Source: Eledone cirrhosa (lineage: Eukaryota). From it: a DNA stretch of 64,000 nucleotides. Under the pieces are notes generated by a model. The model saw nothing but the letters and a program-made list of their open reading frames with translations. It made no database searches and had not been told where the DNA came from. The DNA is taken from assembly GCA_964016885.1 (NCBI GenBank), contig OZ024741.1, positions 204,848,001 through 204,912,000 of the forward strand. The letters run 5' to 3'. Shown here in pieces: positions 12,566-26,485 of this stretch. Numbering within the stretch: the first letter of the stretch is position 1; each line of letters starts with the position of its first letter. Made by a program: the position numbers and the translations under genes.

Positions 12566-13030
12566 TCACCCAGTTACATACAAAGAGAGAATAGGGAAAT
12601 ATAGAAAGAAAAAAAAAGAGAGAAAGAAAGAAAAAGAACAGGAAGGGGAGGGGATGGCAAGAGCTCTGGTGTTGCAGAAGAGAGGGGGTGAGGGTGATTG
12701 GGCTTTGGGCCTAGGGCAAGGGGGTGCAGGAGTGCTTCGCCCCACAAACAAGACGGCAAAAGTATTCCCCTGGACAATGGCCAGTGACACCTGCTGCAAC
12801 AACCACCCAACCTCGTGGGGCTCCCTCTTCAGACGGGCCACTGACGCTCCGATCTTGCGGAAGAGCTCGGCAGTATGGGCCCAAGTATGCCTGAGGTCTC
12901 GACGGTGACCGGTGCGAAGAGGAAGTAACTGGACAAACCCCAGCATTTCTTTATTTTACGTTCTTCTGCAAGGCAGGCTGCGATGCCAGGGTTTGTGGCC
13001 GAAGCGACTAAGTTGGAAGCGGAGAACATG
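12566..13030 (-). mobile_element. CRE-clade non-LTR retrotransposon 3' fragment (restriction-like endonuclease end)
   Basis: Frameshifted peptide AACLAEERKIKK..FAPVTVETSG../..ELFRKIGASVARLKREPHEVGWLLQQVSLAIVQGNTFAVL matches the CRE C-terminal pattern; GC-rich relative to flanks. Confidence 0.7.
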
Positions 13031-14085
13031 TTGCTGATATTGGAGATGAGATTTAAACTTAGAAAGCACTTAGAAGCAGATAGTGAAAAGTATCCTTTCA
13101 GTCACTTTAACAGTTCCACCAAACCACCATCAGTTTGATTGTTGAACATAGCTAAAACTTAGTTATTAGTAATTGTAAACTCCACACTTGCAAAGTATAC
13201 AGGAACATAAACTTTATTCCTTGCTGGAAAGATTTTTGATATGTGTTGGTGCCACAATAAAAATGCACCCACCCCACTCTATAAATTAGTAGTACTGATG
13301 CCATGATAAGAATCCAGTCTACCCTGAAAGGTGGTAGTGCTGCACCTTGATAAAATTTCCCAGCACATGCTGTAAAGTTGTTGGTGTTAGGAAGGGCATT
13401 CAGCCAAAAATAGAGCTTATGAGCAGTCAAACCTCAGTTTGTAACAACCGATCTAACTCGTGCATATATGGAAAATAGACGTTAAATGGTGGTGATGATG
13501 ATGATCAAACAGTTCAACAGATATAAGCTCAAGAAGTGCATTAAGTTACATTGCAAATAAAATAATAAAAAAATTTAGTAAATTCCTCCAAATTTGTTAT
13601 CAATTAATTCAAATATATTGTATTTCATTAGAAATAAAATAATAAGAGGGTCAACCTTGGTCAAGCCTGATTGAGCGCACCTATAACACTGAAGTCCCTA
13701 ATTTCAATGTGTGAGTGGATATATTAGCATATAAAGGGGGTATGCTATATCTCCAAAACTAGAACTGATAGGACAAAAATGATGGTATATCTGCTATTAG
13801 TGTTCCAGATATATCCAAGAATAGGTCTCACTTCTTCATGACCAAAATGTGTGAACATCTTATTTAATGTTTGTTGTTCCTGCTAGCAAGGGTCATCACA
13901 GACCAAGTCAGTACTTAATTGGAGCCACTGACATCTGAGATGAGCCAGGGACCCTGCTTCTCACTTACATATATTTCCTGAGAAGCAGTGTAATCAAAAG
14001 TGTTTCAACTATCACCTTGATACTCATTTCATTGAAAAAATCATGAATGTAACATCTACCTTTTTTTTTCCTCTATAATTCTTAA

Positions 14086-14300
14086 CCCTTTAGCATTTAC
14101 ATTACTTTATATATATATTTTCACGGTAAAGGCTTTACCTTACATAATTATCTCACATAATATTGAATGCATGAGATTTTGATATTATTTATTTTGAGAA
14201 CAATACCTTAACATCAGTATGAGTGGCCAATTATGGCTGGTTTGAACAGAAAGAGGTGAGAGAATTCTGGCCGGATATGACCAGTTTAAATACTAAAGGG
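14086..14300. mobile_element. piggyBac-like MITE, family A
   Basis: CCCTTTAGCATTTA termini flanked by TTAA. Confidence 0.85.
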
Positions 14301-16051
14301 TTAAGCTCAATATTTACCCATTGTGTACACTCTCTCTGTAACACTGATATAATCAAAGCAAGTTGTATCTGAAATACAATGTTCTTTTATAAAAAATAAT
14401 GGAGTTAACAGAAAACTAGATAATTATGTTGTTTAGTCCCAGGTCAACCCTGATTATCCTATGGTCAAAAGCATTCCAATCATGACCATCCTGCCTTTTA
14501 TTCAGTTATGTACTCTGGAGTACATTATCTAAAGTGTCATTCTTTTTTTTAAAGAGTGTAGGGTGTGATTTGAGGGAAAGTTGGCTGCTATATCTAGCAG
14601 GTCAAACAACCCTGTAGAGACTCTCTTGTTGACTAGTGACTAAATTGGAAGGTTGGGTGTAGCTTATTTTAATTTATACCTGTTTTAATTCATTTTTTTT
14701 TGTTATTATCACTTATTTTTTTTAGTGTGAATGAAATCATGTGAAATTGTTTTTAAATTGCTATAATTATGCCAGTGTAATGTCTAATAAAAATAGATGT
14801 AGCTTTCTTTGATTAAATCGCCAGAAAATTCTGACTATTCACAGCATAGACTATGCTATTAACCACATTTTCTCAATAAACACTGTTCACATGTGTTAAC
14901 CTCATTAAATGATTAGTAGCTAGTCACAGAAGCAAACAAATATTTTCTTTTCTCTACCTTCAACCTAATCGTCATAATTTTATGTTAGGCTTTCCATGCT
15001 GGCATGGGTTGGATGGGTTGTATTGGTCTGAGACCAGATGGGTCAGAGAAGCCTTCTTGCTCATATGTTCTATATTTGGTGGCTTGTGTTCATTTTGTAC
15101 AGAACTCTTGTTACAGCAACCTGTATCCTGTGTTGGTATTGAATGTTTTTTCATAGCATCAGTTCCTTCAATTCTAAAAATCCTAAGAGCTTTCTTTTGA
15201 TCTGCAGTAAGTTGGTTGAATATGCTTTGTAAGGCATACTTCAGATATGAGCTTTGCAAACAATGGCTCTTTATTATTTGTCCAATTTGTCTGAAATTCT
15301 TTGTAATATCTCAATAGTCTGTTCAGCTCTGTTAAATACATTTAGTGGAGATATTTGATGCACACACCAGCCTACTACTGTTCATACTTGCACCCAGAAT
15401 CTCAAGCTGTTTTTTTTATAGGCTGCCTTCAATTCCTGAAGTGCAATGCAAGGTTTAATGGTCTTCTTTTTCATGATAAAATCCATTACTTTGAAATGAA
15501 AAATGAAATGTACAGCTCACACCTATGCAACTTTAGCTGGCCTCCTATGAGGTTGTATCTCATAGGAGGTTTGAATGTTTTAATGATATTGCATATTTTA
15601 ATGATAGAAGTTCTAGTCCTATAATAAAAATCGATGTGAAATGAAGTGAATTGAATCTGCAACCTTATGATCCTTGGTTAAACATTTCATGATAATGAGG
15701 TTTCAGATTTGATATCAATGCTTGGCATCTTGGATAAGCAAGTGTCATTTATCATAGCTTTTAGTCGACCCAAGCCTTCTGTGAAATTGGGTAGATGGAA
15801 ACTGTTTGTGGGTTCATCAGAAGGACTGTACCTGTAATTCCATGAGTGAGTGTTAAACTCTGTCATGCTGAATATCCTTGAGATTTAATATTACAGGAAC
15901 ATGTGTCTGTGGAATACTCAGCTATTTACATGTTAACTTAACAAGGAGGCTATGCAATTGATTGAACAACTGGAAACTGGAAGACTCATCTTCAAAACCA
16001 ATGGAGTTTTATTTACTTTAGTCTCCTATTGTGGAAATATCACTTATTTAA

Positions 16052-16307
16052 CCCTTTGGATACTAACCTGCCCAAAACCACTCTAGTTTTATGATAGAAA
16101 AACTCCCCATTTTAAAATGCTTGTAGTTAATATTAAAACCTTCCATCATAATTTTAATTTTAAGACGTTTTTAAAGTTGTTCCAAATACCAGCTTACTAA
16201 TGAAAAACTTAGTTATTTTATTAAATTCCTACAAGTTTTTGGTTATTTTCAAAATAATTTGAAACACATAAGCTGTGCATTTCATTAGAAATATGGTAAT
16301 AAAAGGG
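16052..16307. mobile_element. piggyBac-like MITE, family B (about 250 bp; representative copy)
   Basis: TTAA-CCCTTT(G/T)GATAC...GTAATAAAAGGG-TTAA. Degenerate copies near 11010, 20270, 23600, 36990, 39770, 42875, 45740, 47265, 48568, 50730 and 62700. Confidence 0.7.
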
Positions 16308-16394
16308 TTAATACTGATGTTTCTGGAACTAAACTTCAACTTTACCAGCCTCAATTACTTGAAGGTGATATTCATCATTGTATGTATTTATTAT

Positions 16395-19300
16395 TTTTAC
16401 TGGGTAGGAAATAACAATAGGGTAGGTGGTGTTGTACTTGCTAAAAAATGGATAGATAAGGTGATAGAGGTAGTTAGAGTAAATAACAGAATTGTCAAGG
16501 TTAAAATAGCTGTAGGAAATAAAATGGTGACAATTACATCTACCTATGCACCACAAGCAGGACTGAGTAAAGAACAAAAGGATAGGTTCTGTGAAAAACG
16601 TTTACTGACAACCTCAGCTACTGATAAAAAAGACCTCATCATCTTGGCAGACGACTTCAGTGGACATATTGGACAGTATCAGGATGGATTCACTGGAGTT
16701 CATGGTGGCTATGGTTATGGTTTAACCCATTAGCATTTAAACTGGCTATATCTTGCCAGAATTCTCTCACCTCTTTCTGTTCAAACTAGCCATAACTGGC
16801 CACTCATACTAATGTTAAGGTATTGTTCTCAAAATAAATAACATCAAAATCTCGTAGATTCGATATTATATGTGTGAGGTAAAGTTTTTATCACAAAAAT
16901 ACAATAGTAAATATAGAGTAATGTAAATGCTAAAGGGTTAAGAAATGAAGAGGGAGTGAGGCTCCTGGGATTCTGTGATGCAAATGAACTAACTATTTGC
17001 AACACAAATTTCAAGAAACCAGCCAGCCACCTGATCACATATCAGTCAGGTGAACACACAAAACAGACTGATTTCTTACTTGTAAGATGAGATAGACAGA
17101 CATATATACATGCTATGGCCAAGAGACAGACATGGAAAGACTTGGAAAAATGTGGATAATAGAGATCAGTACCAGGTAGCTAAGTGAGAAACTAGACGAC
17201 AAGTATATATAGCTCGGAAAGAAGCTGAAGAAAGAGAGTTTGCCAATGTCTTGTGACATGAGGATCAGCGATGTGAAGTGTTCCGCATTGTAAGGTAGTG
17301 TGTCAGTCTGAATCGGGATGTTGTTAGGAAACAGTGTGTAAGAAATGACACTGGTGCACTTAGCACCACTGATGCTCAAGAGAAAGAGGCCTGGAAATGT
17401 TACTATGAGAGGCTGATGAATGTAGAGAATGAATGGGAGGAAGAGATACTACCTGCAACTTACCCAACAGAGGAACCAACTATTGAAGTGACAGTTATAG
17501 GTTCAAAGAAACAATCAAGGAGTTGAAGAATGGTAAAGCTGCAGCGCTGTCAGAGTTAGTTGCTGAGATGTTAAAGGCATTGGGAGAAGTAGGAGCCGAA
17601 CTAGTAACCTGCATAGTCAATCAGGTAATACAGGACGGGGTCATACCCTATGACTGGTGCAGCAGTATAATCATAAATTGTTATAAGGGTAAAGGGGATG
17701 CTCTATAAAGGAGCAACTACAGAGGAATAAAACTGATGGACTAAGCTATGAAAGTGATAGAAAGCGTTCTAGCACAGCTAATTAGGAAAGGGGTCAAATT
17801 AGACGAGATGCATTTTGGTTTTATGCTTGGGAAAAGTACTACAGATGCCCCTCTTCTTAGTGAGACAACTACAAGAGAAATTCCTAGCCAAGAATAAGCT
17901 ACTGTATTTAGCTTTTGTTGATTTATAAAAGGCCTTCAACAGACTACCTTGTTCTGTTATCTGGTGGTCCTTAAGAAAACTAGGTGTACAAGAATGGCTT
18001 GTGAGAGCAGTGCAAGCCATGTACAGAGTAGCTGTCAGTAAAGTGAGAGTAGAAAGTGAGTTTAGTGAGGAATTCAATGTGCACGTTTATCAGAGTTTGG
18101 TTCTCAGCCCACTGCTTTTCATCATAATTCTCCAGGCCATAACAGAGGATCTTCTTTATGTTGATGATATGGTCCTTATAGCTAAATCCATAAAAGAACT
18201 AGAGAATAAGTTCTGACTATGGAAACAGAATTTGAAATCCAAAGGGCCAAGAGTAAATATAACCAAAACTAAAGTGCTAGTGAGTAGGAAAGAAGATAGG
18301 ACCCTGATTCCTACAGGGAAGTAGCCCTGCTCAATATGTAAAAAGGGAGTAGGTATAAACTCTATACGATGTACACAATGTAAATCTTGGTTACACAAGA
18401 AGTGTAGTGGGATGACAGGTAGACTAACAGGAAGGGCGGACATTGCAGGTTAAAGATGCACAAGGGTAATCAAGGGGGAAGATGTTAGTGATAAAAATAT
18501 TTTCCAATTCATAGAAGTGGTTGATAGCTTGTGCTATGTAGGTAACTCAATTAATAACGGGAGAAGGTGCTCTGAGAGTACAATAGCATCATTTTACTGA
18601 TGTTTGTGCATTGCCCTATTTACTGTACATGCACTTTTTTGATGAGTTGTGGTGCACCTGGGCACTGTACACAATATTTCATTATTGTTATTATTATTAG
18701 CATAGTTACGTCCCTTTACGATCTGAGTTCAAATCCCGCCGAGGTTGACTTTGCCTTTCATCCTTACGGGGTCGATAAAATAAAGTACCAGTAATGCACT
18801 GGGTAATTGCTGGCCTTGTGCCTAACGTAGAAACAATTATTGTTATTATTATTATATCATGACTCATACACTGTTCATTTTCCAGACATTTGTACATTAT
18901 TCTATGTACTATACATGCACCTTTGATGAGTTGTAGTGCACCTGAGCACTGTACACAATAATTTCATTATTATAATAAGGATAGGATGGAAGAAGTTTAG
19001 AGAGCTACTTTATACAAAAGTTTCTCCCTGCATTCAAAAGGATGGCTGTATGATGCTTGTGGGCAAAGTGTGATGCTGCATGGTAGTGAAAGATGGATGT
19101 GCAATATAAATGTGAGAGAAAGGCAGAGCTTGGATGAACTGAGGGAGAAAATGAGTTCAAGAGGAATCTGAAGTAGTGTGCAAGAAAGAAGACAGAATTG
19201 GTATGAACAGGTGATGTGCATAGATGATGATTATTGGCTGAAGAAGTGCCAGGAAATCCTAGTGGTAGGAAGCTGCTGTTGAGGTAGATCAAGGAAAACC

Positions 19301-19452
19301 TAGGGGGAGGTGGTGAGATTTAATCTCAAATCACTGAGACTCACAGAGGAGATGAAGGAACGTTGATGAGTAGAGAGATGCTGTGCTGAAAAGGACCCAT
19401 CCAATCCAAGCAAGTGTGGAAAAACGGATGTAAAAATGATGATAATGATGAC
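16395..19452 (+). mobile_element. Old, heavily decayed RTE LINE interrupted by a MITE, CR1 3' ends and a SINE
   Basis: APE and RT peptide remnants in short ORFs (16275, 17523, 18001). Family A MITE at 16726-16937 sits in a TTAA within the GYGLRNEEG codons; CR1 tails and a SINE at about 18590-18975. Confidence 0.88.
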
Positions 19453-21341
19453 GCCTAATATTGTTTACACTCTTCTCGTTTTGATTTTTGTATTTTGAAA
19501 CATGTAGGACTCATGCAACTATCACTTATAAATATTTTCATTCAGTGATTTATAAACTTTAAAATGCATTATACTGGATAAAATATTGAATTTAACCCTT
19601 TAGCATTTACATTACTCTATATTTACTATTATATCCGTCCAAACCCATGCTAGCGTGGCAGATGGACGTTAAACGATGATGATGATGATGATGATGATTT
19701 TCACAGTGAATGCTTTACATCACATAATTATCTCACATAATATCGATTCTATGAGATTTTGATATTTATTTTGAGAACAATACCTTAACATAAGTATGAG
19801 TGGCTGGTTATAGCTGGTTTGAACAGAAAGAGGTGAGAGAATTCTGGTCAGATACGGCAAGTTTAAATGCTAAAGGTTTAACATATGACAACTTTCATAT
19901 TGCTAAAGCTAGGTGAGAACGTTCAGTCTAGTAAGCAGTTTTTAATGATGTTAAGGAACAAAGAAAAAAAAAAAAATTCAATTAGATAATTATTGAGACG
20001 ATGTGTTAAATGCATGACTCACCTCACACCTTTAAAAATAATTTTTTTATTATTAACTACTAGGCGTCCTTTCCCTGTGGCTAACAAGCTAACTTGAAGA
20101 TTGACACAAACAGAAATATATGCCTTGTAGGGACTCGATGGGAAGATAACATCTGTAACAGTAGAATTTGAACTCATAACATTGTCATTGGTTAATCCCA
20201 GTCAATATATCTGTTATTAAGAAAAACAACAAAATAGTTTTAAATGAAGGTAGGATAATTTTAACTTAACTCTTTTGAAACCAAACTATGTGAAACCAGT
20301 TTGTTTTAAAATATTCATATTTATCTTAAATTTTCCATCATAATTTATATAAGTTTTGTTAAATTATCAGTAAGTTAATTATATTACTAAATCTCTAAAT
20401 TCTTGATTATTTTGGAAATTATTTGAAAATTTAGGTAGTTTTTCATTATAAATATAGTAACAAAAGGAATAATTGTTTCTACTTTTGGCACAAGGCCAGC
20501 AAATACCCAGTATATTACTGGTACTTCATTTTATCGACCCCGTAAGGATGAAAGGCAAAGTTAACCTCGGCGGGATTTGAACGCAAAATGGCAAGGACCG
20601 TAACTCTATGTGTCAAAACATGGCGTCAGAGCCTCTACCGATACTGCCAATAGGAATAATGTGATTTAATATGAAACAGGAAATGTATTGACCATTTGCT
20701 GTTTACTTGATTCTTAGGCTTCCTGATCTTTATAGGAATAACCATTGAGTTGAAGAGTTTTTGAGTTGTTGAAAGAATACATATCTTTCCTGTTACCTTT
20801 TCAACCTTTCAGGAAGACCAATAAAAGTTAGTCATAATTAAGCAAGGAATTAGTCCTTTCTGCAGTGATTTATTGCTGTGAAAAGTTGATCAATAAGAAT
20901 TGTCATATTTAGTGGTATATAAGGACCTCCTCATATATAAGATCCCTTCCCCTTTATTTCAGCTGGGAATATTAAGAAAAACTCTTTTGTGTGTTTATGT
21001 GTAAACATTTAATGTTAGTGAAATTTGTAGCTACAGTATTGTAGAAAATATAAAACTTGGACAAAACAGTAAATTTTTTCATCCCTTTCTTACCAAACCG
21101 CCTGAAAATGCCCTGTTTTAAAGTGTTTCATATTTAACAAAAAATCTTCCATCATAATTTTATGTAAGAAGAGTTAATAATGCTATTGTAATTTACAAGA
21201 GGAAACTAAAGCAGCTTAGCTATAGCAGAAAACATTTTATATAAACCGTCATAAAATAAAATGCTCTTGCTGTGATACAAAACAAATACATAAAATGGCA
21301 ACATATGAACACGACTGGGAAATTATTTTATGCAACAGTAG

Positions 21342-21462
21342 ATGGTGGTGATGCTAGTGAGGCCTACAATGACAGTGATACAAGAGATAGTGGTGATGTT
21401 AGTGAGGCTTGCAGTGACTACAAGAGATGGTGGTGATATTAGTGAGGCCTGCAGTGATAATG
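21342..21462. repeat. Imperfect tandem repeat, 3 units of about 40-45 bp
   Basis: GAT(G/A)GTGGTGAT(G/A)(C/T)TAGTGAGGC(C/T)T(A/G)CA(A/G)TGA repeated three times. Confidence 0.7.
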
Positions 21463-22063
21463 ATTGCTGTTGGCATTACTCATCATATCATTCTAATTTC
21501 AAGTAATGTTCAAAAACTAAAAGATGTTTCTATGTAAAAATAATTCTTTCTAACATTGGCACAAGACCAGCATTTTGGGGGAGGAGAAAAGTCAATTATA
21601 TCAACCTAATACTTAACTGGTACTTTATTGACCTGAGAAGGATAAAAAGCAGTTGCTCTCTGTGGGATTTGAACTCAGAATGTAAGAGGCTGTAATTAAA
21701 TGTCAGGAAGCATTTTGTGTGATGCTCAAACGATTCTGTTAATTCACTGGCCTTTTGCCAAGTAAAAATAATAAGTTATACATGTGGCAGGTATGACATG
21801 AATAGACAATAACACAAATACAAGCTTTAAAATGTTAGTGTTTAACATTTAAGAATTGGGTGTTAAACAAAGATATTCATCTCAGAACATTCAACTTTAA
21901 TTGTTATAATTCCTTTTTAAATAAAATAATAATAATAATGGTTTCTAAATATAGACAAGCAATTTTTGATGGAGAGGGAAAATTGTTTATATGAAACCTC
22001 AGTATTTGATTGGTATTTTATTTTATCAACCTCAGAAGGATAAAAGGTAAAGTTAACTTGGTA

Positions 22064-22126
22064 GGATGCAAAGAGCCAGGATGCAAAGAGCCAGAATGCA
22101 AAGAGCCAGAATGCAAAGAGCCAGAA
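22064..22126. repeat. 15-bp tandem repeat (x4) inside a SINE
   Basis: (G/A)ATGCAAAGAGCCAG repeated four times. Confidence 0.85.
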
Positions 22127-22440
22127 TAAATGCCACAGCATTTCTTCCAACGCCCTAAAATGTCTGCCAATCTACCAATAATAATAGTAATATTCTGAGT
22201 TAATAATGGCTTTGATTAGGCACAAGGCCAACAATTTTTGGAGCGGAGGGGAAAGTCGATTAAATTGACCCCAATACTGTAACTTTATTTTATTGATACT
22301 GCAAGGATGAAAGGCAAAGCTAACCTTGGCTACATTTGAACTCAGAATGGAAAGGGTCATAATTGTATGCTGGGAAGCATGTTATCCGATTTTCTACCAA
22401 TACTGCCAATCCACTGCCTTGAGTTAATAATAATAATAAT

Positions 22441-22727
22441 AGAAAAATATTTGGACCAGATATACCTTGTAAGCCATCTCTGCAAGAGATACTGAAAATA
22501 GTGCTGACTGGCACTGTCCATGCTCTGAGAAGTGCATTATCAATTTAAAAACCCTGCAAAGACATTTACTGTTGTTTGTGCCCTTATGACATCATCTGTA
22601 TGACAATTGACTGTAAAATGTGTGTATTATCAAATTTTGCCCCAGGTGTCAGGTTGACACTTGGCATGGTTTGGGAAAGAAGTAGAATTAAAAGGAAGTT
22701 TCAAATAATAATAATAATAATTAATAA
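22441..22727 (+). mobile_element. R4/Dong-like retrotransposon 3' end in a (TAA)n tract
   Basis: EKYLDQI/PCKPSLQEILKIVLTGTVHALRSALSI* then a short 3' UTR; (TAA)n on both sides. Confidence 0.6.
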
Positions 22728-23112
22728 TCGTTTCTACATTTGGCACAAGGCCAGCAATTATCCCAGTGTATTACTGGTACTTTATTTTATCGACCCCGTA
22801 AGGATGAAAGGCAAAGTTAACCTCGGCGGGATTTGAACTCAGTTCGTAAAGGGACGTAACTGTGTTGCAAAGCATGGCGTCCGACCTTCTACTGATACTG
22901 CCAATCCACCGCCTTGGTACTATAATAATAATTAATAATATTTGTGTAATGATATTACTGAATTATGGAGTTAGGCTTGGTACAAATACTTCTAGTATAT
23001 ACATATGGAAGTATGAGCAAGATGGGATTCCCTGACTTGTCTAGTCTTAGACTGTGACAGTCCCTTCAACCCATGCCAGCATGAAAAATGGATGTAAAAT
23101 TATGATAAAATA

Positions 23113-23146
<34 letters not shown>

Positions 23147-23354
23147 TATGGCTCACAATTATGTAAGTTTAGCTGGCCTCAAGTAAAGTTGCATGTTATA
23201 GGAGGTTTCTTGGGTGTTTTAATGATTGGCGCCCTCAGTCCTATGATGAAAAGCAACATGTAATTAAATGTCTTGCTCAAGAACATAATGCGGCACTCAG
23301 TTTAGGAAAAAGAGAGAAGACTAACATATGTTTTTTTTTTTCTTCTTTTCACAG

Positions 23355-23410
23355 GATTCCGCTATGAGTTGTATTGTGTTGCCAAGTCGAGTTCTACACC
23401 TCACTGTGTG
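23355..23410 (+). CDS. KTI12: KTI12 coding exon (GFRYELYCVAKSSSTPHCV)
   Basis: Long polypyrimidine tract + CAG, donor GTGAGT; 56 nt. Confidence 0.95.
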
Positions 23411-24442
23411 GTGAGTGGTTTTAGCTATTATCTTCCTTCCTATATTTATTTCTGCTTTTCATTACTGAATGTGTTAGATGAGACTTTTTGTGGTCAGTTA
23501 ATGGTCATCAGTTTTCCCTACTTTTTGTTGCTGGAATGTGTTGGGTTGTACATATAAATGCCATTTTTGAAGCTAACTCTTATATATTTTTATTACAATA
23601 TTTCTGATGAGTTAAACTGCTTATATATTTTCAATTAATTTTGAAAATAATAAAAAATTTGGAGGGATTTAGGAAAATAACTAACTTTGTTAGTAAGTTG
23701 GTGTTAGGAAAACAACAACATTTTCCGAAATAAAATTATGACAAGCACTTTGAATTTAAATATAAGGATTTTAAAATGGGGTGTTTTTATACCATAAAAA
23801 GTTTATACCATAACAAGTTTTGGGCAAGTTAGTATCAAAAGGATTAAAGTAAGCTACTGTTCTTTGCATGCCAACCCTCTGAATGATAGGGGATATTGTT
23901 TAGGTGTGACATAAAGATGTGTCACAGCCTGGTGATGTCCAGTGCAAACCAAAATATGCACACATATGGGTTCCCTGACATATTTCGTCTACTGGATTCA
24001 CTCACAGAGTGTACTAAGTGCATTTTATTGTGGGATCAGCACTAGAGAGATCGTCAAGTCCTTGACATAACTAAAGAATCCTCTCTCTCTATTCTCACTC
24101 ATTCATAGTCTGGGTGTATAAACATAAGAAAAAGTATGCAATACATGCCATAAAGCCTATCCATTCATTCAAAGCTGAAGATAAATTCTGTTGCTTCACA
24201 TGGTTTCTTGCTTTTGTGTGATATATCATTATCATCATCATTATTTTACGCCTGCTTTCCATACTGACAAGGGTTGGATGCATTGTCACAGCCTGAGACC
24301 AGGCACACCAGAGCAATTAATCTTGCTCGTTACATTCTATAATATAATAACTGAAAATTGTTGCTAAACATCCTGTGTTAGTGAAATTTCAGTTTGTAAT
24401 GTGTACTATAGATTCAGTTCTTATTTATTGCCATTTCTTTAG

Positions 24443-24522
24443 GTATATTGTGCAGCTAATCTGCAACAGTGCAGTGAATGGAACCAGCTTAGATCAGAAA
24501 TAGACCAGTACTCCGAAGAGAT
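24443..24522 (+). CDS. KTI12: KTI12 coding exon (VYCAANLQQCSEWNQLRSEIDQYSEE)
   Basis: TTCTTTAG acceptor, GTAAGT donor; 80 nt; phases fit both neighbours. Confidence 0.92.
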
Positions 24523-24774
24523 GTAAGTGATATGATTAGTATTCTCATCAATTTGTTGATAATATAGTAACATTGTATCTTAATGGTTGGCAGTATTGGG
24601 AGAGGGTCGGAAACCATGCTTTGCAGCATAGTTACGCCCCTTTACGGTCTGAGTTCAAATCCTGCTGAGGTTAACTTTGGTTTTCATCTTTATGGGGTCG
24701 ATAGAATAAAGCACCAGTAATGGACTGGGATAATTGGGGCCTTGTGCCAGAAGTAGAAACAATTATATCTTAAT

Positions 24775-25475
24775 GAATAATGAAAATATTGTGTACAGTG
24801 CTCAGGTGCACTACAGCTCATCAAAAGTGTATGTATAGTACATAGGGTAATGTACAAACATCAGGAAAATGAACAGTGCATGAGTCGTGATATACACGTG
24901 TGCATGTGTATGGAAGGGGGACATCAGGTGTAGTTTTGTCGAATTTCGGGAAACATGAGGGTTTTAAAGGATGCAGTGTCTCGGCAGCTAACAACTGACG
25001 CAAGCAGTTTGTTCCATGCTTCAGCAACTCTAATAAGCGTGAAAAAATGTTTCCGAAAGTCATGGGAGCTGTGCTGTTTTCTGACTTTGTAGGCATGTCC
25101 ATGTGTGTTAGACACATGGAGATCAAAAAGGTTCTCAGGGTTGTTGTTAGCGAGATGGTTAATAACTTTGTGGGTGTTTACCAAGTCCATTGCAAGACGT
25201 CGGAGCTTCAATGAATCCATGCCCAGGGAAGCAAGGCGTTCAGAGTATGGTAGGTGTCTGATGGAGGGTATGTGCTTGGTTGCACGTCTCTGAACAGTTT
25301 CCAGGAGGTCAATGGTCTGAGCAAGATAGGGGTTCCAGACTGATGATGTGAATTCCAAGTGTGGTCGTACCATAGCTGTATACAGCTTTAAATAGATGGC
25401 TGGAAAGCAGCTAACAAAGGTCTTGCTGAATGATGCCAAGACACCCTCGGCCTTCTTGACAATTTTAGAGATGTG
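24775..25475 (-). mobile_element. CR1-like LINE, 3' part; continues at 30863-30983
   Basis: ORF 24924..25607 from HISKIVKKAEG onward matches ORF 5439..6620; same 3' UTR. Confidence 0.92.
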
Positions 25476-26179
25476 ATATAGAGGGAGCTCATAGATAGGA
25501 CAACACACGGTTTTTCTTGGAGGTAAGTTTTTACTAATTTTCGTATTCTGAAAGACCAAAATACAAGAAAAATATTTGCTCATTGGACGCCGGGAATGTT
25601 CTGACAAAAGCTGTGGAAGCTACAGAAATATTCCATATATTCTTCCAGAGCAATTTCTATTTAAAAAAATGTTTACATTTTTACGCTTACTTGTCCGCCA
25701 TTGCAAAAGGCCATAAATTCAAATTTTGAAAAGAGAGGAAAAAAGGACAAGTGAACTATGAACTTGTACATCCCACTGCTCCCTGCCACCACAATAACGT
25801 CTACACTCGCTCACCACCACCACCACCACCACATAACTTATTACCCTATCTAAGCTGGCTGACCTGTTGACAAACTGCTAACTCCTTTGATGTATGTATG
25901 TGTATATATATATATGTATATGTGTGTATATATGTATATATATATCAGTGGATGCGACCAGATTTCAACACAGCAACAACTACATCAACAACAACAGCAA
26001 CAACACCATTGTCTGTGTTGAATGTGTATGTATGTATGTATATATATATATATATATATATAGATGTGTATGTATATATATGCATGTGTATATATCACAC
26101 ACGTGAAGCGAATAAATTTCAAAATTTCAACCCAGCGACTACAACAACAGCAACAGCGCCTTTGTCTGCAGCATCAGTG

Positions 26180-26485
26180 AAATGAACAACAGCAATGGCA
26201 GCAGCAGTAGCAACAGCAGCAGCAACAACAACTGCCGCCACCACCATCAATGGCACCATCCACCACCTTCACTGGCACCATCTACCATCACCACCATCAC
26301 TGACACCATCCACCACCGACACCATCCACCACCACCATCACTACTACCACCACCACCACCACCATCACTGACACTATCCACCACCTTCACCACCACTACC
26401 ACAACCACCACCATCACTGGCACCATCCACCGCCACCACCATCACTGGCACCATCCACCACCATCACTGACACCATCCACCATCG
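26180..26485. repeat. (CAG/CAA)n and (CAC/CAT)n low-complexity tract
   Basis: Trinucleotide runs with a recurring TGGCACCATCCACCACC subunit. Confidence 0.85.
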
